Positions 52,513 through 64,000 of a stretch of 64,000 nt of DNA are shown here, in pieces. The notes below the pieces were generated by a model. That model was given only the letters and a program-made list of their open reading frames with translations, did not search any database and was not told the origin of the DNA. Made by a program: the position numbers and the translations under genes. The stretch comes from Octopus sinensis (Eukaryota): assembly GCF_006345805.1 (NCBI RefSeq), contig NC_043005.1, positions 76,756,001 through 76,820,000 of the forward strand. Reading direction: 5' to 3'. Every line of letters begins with the position of its first letter. The stretch's first letter is position 1.

Positions 52513-52746
52513 TATTTCTTTATTGCCCACAAGGGGCTAAAAATAGAGGGGAAAAACAAGGACAGACAAACGGATTAAGTCGATTATATCGATCCCAGTG
52601 CGTAACTGGTACTTATTTAATCGACCCCGAAAGGATGAAAGGCAAAGTCAACCTCGGCGAAATTTGAACTCAGAACGTAACGGCAGACGAAATACGGCTA
52701 CGCACTTCGCCCAGCGTGCTAACGATTCTGCCAGCTCGCCGTCTTT
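52513..52746 (-). mobile_element. Young full-length family A SINE with 15-bp TSD, nested in the tail of an older plus-strand copy
   Basis: TSD ggcctt[g/t]tgaaaacc at 52498-52512 and 52747-52761. Older plus copy at about 52260-52510. Confidence 0.88.
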
Positions 52747-53606
52747 GGCCTTTTGAAAACCGTTATTTAAAAAAAAAAAATAGAACAAATCGGAATGTAG
52801 CGATTGTAGTTGAGCAACAGGTAAGTAATCATTTATTATTCTGAAGTCACTAGGTATGCAATTTCGAATCCTAGTTTCAGTCATTGATTTTCTCTTTGTA
52901 TTTATATATCTATTTATCTTTTTGATTTTATTTAATGCAATGTATACCACATTCCACTAACCAGTTCTCAACAACAACAAAAAACTTTGTAAATTAAACA
53001 AAAAACAAATATCACTAATAAAAGATTAGATAGCAAGCAAGCACCGTTCGTTTTTACACCACGTCTTTCTCTCTCTTGAATTTTTAAAAATCTTTTGTCC
53101 TACTATAATAAATTAAATACAGTTATTTACTTCGTAGGTCCTCACAAAATAGTTACAGTTACGCATAAAAGTTCTCTTCGTAATGGTATGTTAAAAATGT
53201 GTAAGTATACCTGTTCTGTAAGTTAGTTACTGCATAAGAAACTCGTTTAGTTACCCAACCACACTGCTTAATTAAAGTTAATAAGTAACAAAAATACCAA
53301 TCGTAACCTTTTCAAGTCCACTGCTGATAGAAACTATACAGGATTCCTAAAGCAGTAGAAAGCCGGACGAAATAGTTTACGGTATCTTGCTTTACTTTCG
53401 TCTCTATGAGTTCCATTCCTGACTGAGTTGAGCTTGTATTTATTGTACTAGCATTGATAAATTAATACACGAAATAATTTTTAAGTGTTTGTATCTCTCC
53501 CCCAAAATATATGTCCTTGCATTTACGTCACGAACCATGATTATTATTGAGAAAGAACATGTCAACGAAAACTGCATCTTTGTATTTGACAGGGATATAT
53601 ATATAT

Positions 53607-53750
53607 AGGGAGAATTCACAAAACAAAAGAAGACAGGTGCTGTAGACAACAAGCAGGTGTATTAGTATAACGCTTGTGAAGGGAAAAGTCTTTAACGTTT
53701 CGAGCCTACGCTCTTCCACAGAAAGGAACACAGAAAGCAACAAGGAGAGA
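53607..53750 (-). mobile_element. Penelope-like short terminal-repeat element with a minimal hammerhead-like motif
   Basis: Minus strand tctctccttgttgctttctgtgttcctttctgtggaagagcgtaggctcgaaacgttaaagac...gaattctcccta, then (TA)n. A second copy lies at 57471-57635 on plus. Confidence 0.65.
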
Positions 53751-54004
53751 AATAAATAATGTGTAGTGGTTAGCGATCTATGATGAAGTCATTCAAAGTG
53801 AATACCTAAAACTGTGTCCTTGGATTCTCTTACAACACCTAGTTCACAGTAACATCTTGTAGGTCGCACTCAGCTCTCCCTCCAAGTGGAAACAAAGACA
53901 GTAATATCTTTCGCTTTTATGGTTTTGCACAACATGAAAATGACCTTGTAAGAGAAGAATGTCAATCATCTCAGCTCATCAATGCAGTTAATATTGGCTT
54001 CGAA

Positions 54005-54207
54005 TTTTGGCACAAGGCCAGCAATTTCATGTGCAGTGTGTAAGTTGATTACATCGATCTCAGTGCTCAACTGGAACTTATTTTATCGACTCCGAAAGAA
54101 TGAAAGTCAAGTCGACCTTGACGGAATTTGAACTCAGAACGTGAAGACACGATATGCCACTCAGCATTTTGCCCGGTGTGCTAGCAATTCTGCCACTTTG
54201 CTACCTT
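54005..54207 (-). mobile_element. Family A SINE (ccc...ggccttgtgccaaaa tail subfamily)
   Basis: ttttggcacaaggccagcaatttc...gtgctcaactggaacttattttatcgactccgaaag...tttgaactcagaacgt...ttctgccactttgctacctt. Confidence 0.8.
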
Positions 54208-54735
54208 CGATGAGATTAGTATTGAGATCAAATTATTGTCAAGGTATTTCAAAAAAAAAAAAGTAATTTTGAACGCTGACAATTTAACTGGAAATGGCAA
54301 ACAATTCGTTACATATATCATGTGATTGTAACAAAATTATATATAATTTTTCATGATCCCTAATGTTCATAAGGCTTGTCATCCGTGCCAGCACGCCACC
54401 TTAACGGGATCATAGCAGCAAGCGGAAGATGTCACTTGCTTATCAACTATCTATATAACTGGACAAATATATGTTTGGAAAGATATATATTTGAAGAGAA
54501 TAATAATTCTTTCACATGATCTGCCATTTGTGGGGAAGGGAGTAAGTCGTTTACAACGACCCTGGTGTTCAGCTGGTACTTGTTTTATGATTCCCGAAAG
54601 GACAGAAGGCAAGAATCAACTTTGGAAAAATCTCATCCCAGTACGTAAGGAGTCGATTAAAGAATGCCCAAAGTGCTCACGCTGCTGCTAGATCGACGCC
54701 TTAGCCAATTTCTATGCTGCAGAGTGAAATGTCAC

Positions 54736-54803
<68 letters not shown>

Positions 54804-55149
54804 AGTTGATCTGATCTTTATAGCTGATCGATCATCTATTTGGAAACATATACATTCAGAAACAATATATACATTCAAATTGAATGTAGTATGTTATATA
54901 TAATTAATATTTTGGGATGTTTTAATAAATATGATTCAGTTTGTTTCTCCAATAATCTTTAGCCGAGATAAAGGAGTCTATTAAATGGGTAGAATTAAAT
55001 TTTAAAAATGCAATTAGAATTAATAGGTTGTTTCATTTTAAAAAATAATTACATTACAGAATGGAAACATCTGTTGGAGACAGAAACATCTCTCACTTTT
55101 CACCCCACCTCCTTTCCCTCCTTTCTATTTCACTGTACATTTGTTTGTA

Positions 55150-55445
<296 letters not shown>

Positions 55446-55446
55446 A

Positions 55447-55553
55447 ATTATAATTTAGGGTATCTAGGAGATACCACCATGATGGAAATAGCAGTCAAGA
55501 TTTGCCTGCTATTTCCAGCGTGATGGTAATTCTTAGATACCCTAAATTATAAT
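55447..55553. repeat. Imperfect inverted repeat (48-bp arms, 11-nt loop)
   Basis: attataatttagggtatctaggagataccaccatgatggaaatagcag pairs with 55506-55553 at 42/48 Watson-Crick positions. Confidence 0.9.
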
Positions 55554-55692
55554 AATTTTAAATAATTATTACCTTTCAAAGGATTTTATTCCCGTGCTGA
55601 CCACTTGATAGATCGGTATTTTAAATATCGATCTTATCCTTATCTATATAAATTTATATGTATGCATGCATGCATGTATGTATATATGTATG

Positions 55693-55726
<34 letters not shown>

Positions 55727-57250
55727 TGTATGTATGTATGTATGCATGCATGCATGTATGTATACACACGCACTCATTATTTATTTACTTCGCTGCTGAC
55801 AGTTCAATTGAAGTGGTTGTCTTTGATATATGGTAGTCAATACAAAATACGACTGCAAATTAGCATATTATTCTACAGAAATGTAGGCACCACAATGGTT
55901 CTGATTGCCCCCGAGGACGGCCATCAACAGAAAAGATTATCGTGCAAACTTTCAAATTATATGTGTGTGTGTGTGTTTAATTAATCATGGAATTATGGAC
56001 AAGACAAAGCCTTTTGTTTTTTGTAGCCTCTCCCAGGTTAATGCAGTTCTACATATATGTAAATTACACTTCTATAAACATACAGAATGTCTTCATATCA
56101 GAATATGAAGTAGCAATCGAACAATACGACACATTTATTGGTGTTTATTAAATTCTGTTAAGTATACTAAGAATATAACGTAGTAAATTAAAATATTTCA
56201 AAGCCACTGCTATATTAATTAAATCTATTTATTTTGTTCTGGTTAAAAGAAAATGCGTAAATAAAATGCATAAAAAAAAGGAATTGTTGATGTACTCTAG
56301 GATGGTTGATGTAAGTAGTGAAAGCTGATCAATTTAGTATGGCATTCGTCCTTACGTTTTAAGGTCATATTTAAAGCCAGACTACTCTCTGTAGCTTAAA
56401 GACGTATAGGTCATTGAGTTACATTGAGTTAGCGGTAGTTTTTCTTTCGTCTCGGTAGGATTTGAACTCGAAACGTAACTGAAGTTGATTATCGTACCGG
56501 GATCTGTGTCTCCTTCATCTTTCATTCATTGAAACCTATTGGCTATCCATACATGTACGTGTTTGTAACTGTCTCACTCTTCGTTTTTTTCTTTCCTTTC
56601 CTTTCTTTCTTTCACTTATTTTACAAAGATATATATATATATATATATAATATATATATATATATATTTTGGGAATGGAAAAAACTTGAAGCAGATAAGC
56701 TATAAATATTAAATGTAAATACAAGTTAAAAACGCTTGGATACAAAAAATCGAAGGTTTTGTTTGTGTGTGTGTGTGCGTGCGTGCACATACATACAAAA
56801 ACACATTATCAAGCACAACACACATCTAGACACAAGCATATATATATATATATATATAATATTATATATATATATAGATATATATATATGTGTGTGTGGT
56901 GTGTGTGGTGTGTGTGTGTGTGTGTGTGAGCGAGAGGAGCTAGAGAGTAACAAAAGTGACTACAGCAGTGTTGACAATAACGATGGAAATGACAATTACA
57001 AGAAGAAGGTCAAACCCTATGACCTTGTTTTCGGTGACAGGGCGGAGAAGAAAAAATGGGAGCAGGAAACCAGTAAACTATTGATTACTGGAGCAGGAAG
57101 CAGCGTATGAAAGTGTCAAGTTATCATCAAGACACCAGAGGCCTATTTTGAATGCCTGGTACAGAGGGGGCTCTGGTAAATGTAGCCATTTAGCTAAACA
57201 GTAGTGTTAAGCAGGGTGTTCGTTTCAGGCTACTAGAATAGTCGCAGGCA

Positions 57251-57631
57251 CGTGTGTGTGGTTAAGAAGCCCCTTTTACAACTGCGTGGTTTCAGGTTCG
57301 GTCCCACTCCGCAGCAAATTCAGTGTCTTCTGCTGTAGCCACAGGCTGACGAATGCCCTGTGGGTGAATTTGGTAGATGGAAACTGAAAGAAGCCTTTGA
57401 TACGTGTATGCATGTATATATCTATATCTATCTATCTATATATATATATATATATATTTATTTATTTATTTTCTCTCCTTTTTTTTCTCTCCTTGTTTTT
57501 CTGTGTCCCTTTCTGTAGAAGAGCGTAGGCTCGAAACGTAAAAGAGTTTTTCTATTCCTGAGCGTTATACTAATACATCTGTTTGTTTTGTACACCACTT
57601 GTCTTGGTCTTTTGATTTTTTCGTAAACTCT

Positions 57632-57697
<66 letters not shown>

Positions 57698-57925
57698 GAT
57701 GTTGTATGCATCTATCGTTGTGTTTTTCCCCTACAACAACTTGGCAACCTGGGTTCGTTTGTTTGCCGTCTCATAACTTAGCGGCCCGGCAGAAGCTACT
57801 GATTGAGTAAATACCAAACATTAAAAAATAAGCATTAGGCTAGATCAGTTCGATTAAAAAGCCATCAAAACAGTGCTCCAGCATGGCCGTAGTCTGTGAC
57901 TGAAACAAGTAAAAGATAAAAGGTA
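57251..57925 (+). mobile_element. Family B SINE interrupted by the Penelope-like element
   Basis: 5' part 57251-57390, 3' part 57715-57925. The insert at 57471-57635 sits in the internal TA tract. Confidence 0.75.
57471..57635 (+). mobile_element. Penelope-like short element with a minimal hammerhead-like motif (copy 2)
   Basis: ctctccttgtttttctgtgtccctttctgtagaagagcgtaggctcgaaacgtaaaagag...aactctcccta, then (TA)n. Homologous to 53607-53750. Confidence 0.7.
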
Positions 57926-58975
57926 TACATTAACAGAGACACCTTAAAGCTAATTTGAGGAAAACGGTAAAATATAACATTTGTTTGGGTAATGCTTGTT
58001 CTGCTAGCACTCTGCTAGCACTAAGAAATCGCTAAGAACCGATTTCTTGTGCAGAAAACAGCTGCGATTTACTGCGTAGTTACTTCAAAATAGAATCAAA
58101 GAACTTAAGCTGTGAAGGGCCACATAAAATGTTCCTGCTTCTCATTGGGAGCTGTTTCATATTGATATAATAAAAGCTTCTGTTAATGTAAGTATATTAA
58201 AAGTGAAAGATTTCCAGTATATATGTGTGCGTGTATGTATATATATTTATGTATATATTCGCATATAAATGTGCGTGTATGTATGCAAGTGTGTGTGTGT
58301 GTGTGTGTATGTGTGTGTGTGTGTGTGTGTGCGGGCATGTGTGTGTTCCTAGTTTCGGTATTCGATTGAAACCGAGCTATAATGACACCTTCACGGGTCC
58401 TGTCGATCATATCAACTCCAGTTCGCAAATTACATTATTGCCGAAATATAAACACCTGATGTCAACACACACACGCACGCGCACACAGACACAGACACAC
58501 ACACAGAGACACACACACACACACACCCTCACACACACAACACTCATACATATAGAGGTAGGTCGTTTTGGTAGAATCACTGGAGTGTCCGATGTAATGC
58601 GTTGCAGCATCTAGTTATGACTCTTAGTATTCTAAGTTCAAATCTCACGGATAACACCCCTAAATTTCAACACCGGTTGTGTGAGTGTATGTGTGTGTGT
58701 GCACGAGAGAGAGAAGCTAATTGTATGTGTGACCGTGCGTGTGTTCGTGTGCCTGCTCGCATTCAAATTAGACACTGCTGCTGCTGCTACTACTACTACT
58801 AGGTTTTATAAGCAGCTTGAGCATCGACTGAATGGTCTAACGGCTGAAATATTTATCCTACGTCCCTCTCATTGATTCGATAACAAACCAGTTACAAAGC
58901 GTAAACACGGTAGATCGATAACCAATCACTTGAAAGAAAACAAACGATCTCTCTCTTATTCTTTATATATATATA

Positions 58976-59344
58976 TGTCGTCGTGGCACTCCGTCGGTTA
59001 CAACGACGAGGGTTCTTGTTGATCCGATCAACGGAACAGCCTGCTCTTGAAATTGACGTGTAAGGGGCTGAGAACTCCACAGTCACCTGAACCCTTAACG
59101 TAGTTCTCAGGGAGATTCAGCGTGACACAAAGTGTGACAAGGCTGGCCCTTTGAAATACAGGTACAAGAGAAACAGGAAGAAAGAGTGAGAGAAAGTTGT
59201 GAACGAGTACAGCAGGGTTTGCCACCAACCCGTGGGGCTTTAGGTGTTTTCGTTCAATAAACACTCACAACGCCCGGTCTGGGAATCGAAACCGCAATCC
59301 TACGACCACAACCCCGCTGCCATGACCACTGAGCCATTGCACCT
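58976..59344 (-). mobile_element. tRNA-derived SINE with RTE-like 3' tail
   Basis: Minus head aggtgcaatggctcagtggtcatggcagcggggttgtggtcgtaggattgcggtttcgattcccagacc. The tail ends ccgacggagtgccacgacgaca, next to (TA)n. Confidence 0.75.
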
Positions 59345-59864
59345 CTACACATATATATGATTCCTTGAGACCCACGAAAGAAATGCGACTAAGGTGTTCT
59401 TGAAACATCCAGGCAATTATTAACACAAACTAAGTTTTATTGAAGAAACATAAGGCGGTGACATGGCAGAAAAGTTTGTGCGTCGAACAAAATGTTTAGC
59501 GGCATTGCTTGAAGCTCTTTATGTTCTGAGTTTAAACCCCAATGAGGTTAGTATTCCCTTTTATCCGTTTCGGGGTCGATAAAATTAGCTACTAATCAAG
59601 AACTGTGGGGGTCAATGTAACTGACATGCCCCTCACCTCAAGCGTTGGGAGAAAAGCACTGAATATTAAGGAACTATGAAAGGCAAAATAAAAACTGTGT
59701 AACTAAGCTCCAAGGACTCGGAGTACCAGCTGAATGAGTGGAGACGTGAAACTCGGAGCACTGTCGATCAGGAACTTTTCTGTTTTAATGTGGTAAAAAA
59801 TACTCTAAATTTATGTATGGAGTCCTGTCGTCTACCCCTTCTTCGTGAAGTAGCAGAAATTGCC

Positions 59865-59937
<73 letters not shown>

Positions 59938-60472
59938 GGAGGGGTAGACTTTTATAAAAAGATCGTTAATAGTGAGTTCAAAGTTTCGGTTTGATAGTCT
60001 TTATTCGACAGTCCGGAGAAGGCCAATATCTAAAAGAAAAAATTGAGCTATTTTTCAGTTTAATGTTACTTTGTTTCTATTTAACTTGCCATGAAAGCAA
60101 AACTTAATATGTGTGTGAGTGTGTGTTCATGTGGGGCGGCGGTATTGTTAGAACTTTGGCTGGTATAACTTGGTGTATGTGTACCGGCTTGTGAACAGCG
60201 TTCAAATCCCGTCTAAGTAACTCTCTCGTCCATGGGAGTGACCCACCAACCAGCAGTAGGCCAGAGTGAAAAAATATGTGATGTATATGTGTTTGTGTAT
60301 GGTGGACGAAAAACTGCATGTATATATACTAAAGTATGTAAGTGTGTGGGAGAATGTGGGAAGAAAAGAGTGTATGTGGGAGTGCGAAAGTATGCGTATG
60401 CATACAAATGAAACTGGGTGTGTATTTACACTTGAAGTGAAGTAAATAAGAAAATCTATACACATCTTAACC

Positions 60473-60503
<31 letters not shown>

Positions 60504-60530
60504 AGGAGATGTCGAACACGAGTGGTGATA

Positions 60531-60843
60531 TATAAAAAAGGAAATGAAGAAAATGCCGACAAATAATTGAAGTAATTTAAGTAATTTAGTTAGGTGAAAG
60601 TTCTTTTTACCGGTTGCGCATTTGTTATGCTTATCAAAATATAAAAGAGAGATTAGAGTTTCCTTTCTTATAGAATTTTTCCTCTTATCTGGAAAGAGGA
60701 AAATTCTATAAGAAAGAAACTCTAATCTCTCTTTATTTTTGATAAGCATAACAAATGCGCAACCGGTAAAAAGAACTTTCACCTAACTAAATTACTTAAA
60801 TTACTTCAATTATTTGTCAGCATTTTTCTTCATTTCCTTTATA
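60531..60843. repeat. Long near-perfect palindrome (foldback, MITE-like)
   Basis: Arms 60531-60686 and 60694-60843, loop atctgga. Only a few 1-3 nt indels and about one substitution. Flanked by TA runs. Confidence 0.93.
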
Positions 60844-61175
60844 ATATATATATATATATTATATATATATATATAATATATATATGCTTATGCTGTGCGT
60901 TCAATTATACAACTTCGGCCGTTGGACCGGTGTCTTCTACTGTCGCGCAGGGCGACTATTGCTTTGTGATTGAATTTGGTACATGGAAACTGTGTGGAAG
61001 CCTGACTTATTTGTTTATATGTGTGTTTGTGCTTTCGAATTGTTCGACGAAATCCCTCAACTTAGTGCTCCAGCATGACCGCAGTCTAATGACTGAAACA
61101 AGTACAAGGCAAATCATATATATTATATCATATTAGAGGGACGTGGTTTACTCAGAGAAAAGGAGACGGGGATAA

Positions 61176-61208
<33 letters not shown>

Positions 61209-61299
61209 TGATTGGGGAGGGGGGTATAAAAATAAAATGAGAAAATCTTTCTTTGTCTTCCTTAGATGAGGAGAGAGACAGAGAGAGACAGATAGACAG

Positions 61300-62090
61300 G
61301 GGGTGAAGACACGTAGAGGAGGTGAAGATAGACAGAATGTATGTGTGAATGTATGAACGTCAATAGAAAATATTACATATATATATATACATATATATAT
61401 ATAATATAATATATATATAATATGTTATTATATATATATATATATATGGAGAGAGAGAGCAATAAGAAAATGATATATATATATATGTATATATATGCGG
61501 TGAGAGAGAGAGAGAAACAAATGCTCATATAGCAAGAACGAATGAAAATATAGAAAGTGTTTATATGTAAAGAGGAGAGCAAGGAGAGAAGGATAGTCGA
61601 AAAATAAAGTAAGAGTTAGTGAGAGAGAAATAAAAAGAAAGAGTGAGAAGTGTGTGAGAGAGAGAGAGAGAAGTGTGTGTGAGAGAGAGAAAAAGAATGT
61701 GTGTGTGTGTGCGTGTGTGTATTTGGTTATGCGCAAGAGCATGTTTCAGGTATGCGTATATGTTGTTTTGCGCCATCGGATGCTTGTATGTGTGTGTGTG
61801 TATGTGTGTGTGTACCTCAGCATAATTATGAATGAGTGTGTATGTGTGTGGGTATGTATGTGTGTGTGAGTGTGTATGTGAATGGAGCTCAGCATAGTTA
61901 TCTGTGTGGGCATGTATGTGTGTGTGTGTGTGCATGTGTGTGTGTGTGTGCATGTATTATGCGCCAAGGCCCGTCAATGGGAACGAGTGTCCGCAGTGAG
62001 TGAGTGAGTGAGTGTGTGTGTATGTGTGTGCATGTGTGTATGTATGTGTGTGTGTATGTGTGTGTGTGTATTTGTGTGTGTGAATAGTTG

Positions 62091-62128
<38 letters not shown>

Positions 62129-62315
62129 CACTGCGATTATACGAGACTGTTATGCGCAAGTGTGTGTATATGCGTGTATTATGCGCCATTCTGTGTGTAT
62201 GTGTGTCTGCGTCAATAGTGATATATATATATATGCGCGTATATCTGTCCGTATGTGTGTGTGTGTGTGTGTTGTGAACGTGTGGATGTGTACGTATATG
62301 TGTATGTGTGTGACT
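61300..62315. repeat. About 1-kb compound TA/GA/TG microsatellite field
   Basis: Continuous dinucleotide repeats, with internally re-used motifs such as attatgcgcca and ctcagcata.ttat. Confidence 0.9.
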
Positions 62316-63059
62316 ATGAAGCAAATCAATAGAAAAACGTCCGACTTAGCAAAGGTCTACGACAATGTAATGAAACAAGCTGTAAAGTTTACCGGTGGCT
62401 TTAATAGTGAGGGCGGTAATGGTGGTGGTGTAGGTGTTGGTGTTGGCGGTGGTGTTGGCGGTGGTGTTGGCGGTAGTAGTGGTGTGGAAAGAGAGGAGGA
62501 AAGAAAATAGTGGCAGATGAAGGAGAAGCGGGGTGGGAAGATGCAACTGGCCGGCAACTTGGCTGCTGTCCGGGACAGCATCGAAATTTGCTGCTGCTGC
62601 TGCTCCTGCTGCCTGCTGCTGTTAATGGTGATGATGATGATGCAAATGACGATGATGATCATGATCATCATCATCAACATCATCCTGCAGCATTTCACTA
62701 CAACCACTACTCCCACTGCTGCTGCTACTATTACGAGAAATGGCCAGCTGTGTTTTTTTGTTTCTTTTTCTTTTTTGTCTTTTTTATAACCGGGACTCAC
62801 CCAAACCACCTCCTCATGGCTACTGCATATACTAGTTTACTTCAAAACCTTGTACCTGCAGCAAAGCTTTTCATATCCCCTTTTACCTTAATTAATTAGG
62901 TTCCCTTTACTTTTTTCTTTATCTATTAATCCTTGCCTCTCTCTCTCTCACCCTTTCTCCCACTTTCTCTCTTTCTGAGTATGCCTTTTACCAACTTCAT
63001 TGTGTTCACACACTTTTTCTATCTATCTATCTATCTATCTCTCCCTCCCTCCCTATCTT

Positions 63060-63095
<36 letters not shown>

Positions 63096-63098
63096 CCT

Positions 63099-63398
63099 CA
63101 GTGGTTGGGTTCACGCAACGAAATAATAAATTGGGGATCTACAATTGTATTTTAAGGGCCCCTGAAAAACATTTGCTTTAAATGTATGTATTAGTATGTA
63201 TTGCAAGAAACAGTTAGGTTTCTTTCTCTAATATTTTACATAATTCAACCTACACAAGTTAATGTGTGAAAAATAAAACAGAAGTTTTGAAAGAAGTTTC
63301 CATGAAACTAGTTTTAAACATTGAATAACTATGGGGGCCCACCAGAGTAAAATAGTAATCAAAGGAGACCACAGATAAAAAATGGTTGAGAAAACCCG
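63099..63398. mobile_element. hAT-type MITE, left end partly deleted
   Basis: Starts cagtggttg and ends aaaaaatggttgagaaaacccg (hAT-like cagtggttctcaacc / ggttgagaacccctg termini), with internal ggggatc/ggggccc motifs. No ORF. Confidence 0.5.
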
Positions 63399-64000
63399 AT
63401 CTATCTCTTTGCCATTCTATCGCTTTGCCATTCTTTCCATTTCTCTCTATATCTCTGTATCTCTCTATTTTATCTCTCTGTCTCTCTATCTGTCTATCTC
63501 ACATTAACAAGTCACACTAACACACACCAAGAAATAATGACTACCGATGACCTTTCATTCATTCTCTCGCTTCTCCACCCGAAAGCAATTTTAGTTCCTC
63601 GCCTCTCCTTCCTCCTCTAACTCCACTCTCTTTCTCTCTCACTTTGTCTCTCTACACATACTCTTCACTCACCTCCATTACCAAACTTTCAACTACAGTC
63701 TATGACATTTCGTCATCGCCCACAATCTAATATTCTCCTTTGCGTTCTCACTCACAATTAATGCATCTCCGTGTCCCTGTACCCTATATATAGACTCATA
63801 CGTTTGTGTGTGTGTGTGTGAGAGAGCGCTTGTTTGTGTGTGTGAAACTCCGAGCTGTGTACTTTACTTTAGTACTCTTACAGGCGTTTGGTATTCCTTC
63901 ACTAGAGACTTTCGTTGTAGTCTCGAAAACTATTTATGACATTTTGTAAATTGTTAGTTGAGCACTTTTCTGACATATACTTTAAGTTATGTGTACTTAC

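Noticed and set aside
62564-62580. 17-bp palindrome tgctgtcc-g-ggacagca resembling paired RE1/NRSE right half-sites
   Set aside because: About one 8-bp-arm palindrome of a given spacing is expected by chance in 64 kb, the left half-site is absent, and REST is not an established mollusc factor.

Overview
AT-rich, microsatellite- and SINE-dense metazoan DNA whose repeat families and single exon point to an octopus (inference). The whole window appears to be intronic sequence of a minus-strand cephalopod neurofilament gene (NF60/NF70/NF220 type, lamin-like long coil 1B). Only one coding exon was found (18067-18253, 187 nt, AG/GT flanked, phases 2/0), so the flanking introns would be >18 kb and >45 kb. 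Everything else is tRNA-derived SINEs (some as multimers inside one target-site duplication), MITEs, LINE tails, simple repeats, a local A-X-A-Y-X duplication and two long hairpins. The standout is a complete type I hammerhead ribozyme with extended stem I at 1478-1548. It is on the sense strand of the neurofilament pre-mRNA, inside a short element embedded in (TA)n. A second (TA)n-embedded family (two copies) carries a minimal Penelope-like hammerhead with a shared non-canonical A6-to-U core. Family names and protein identity come from recall, not from database searches.
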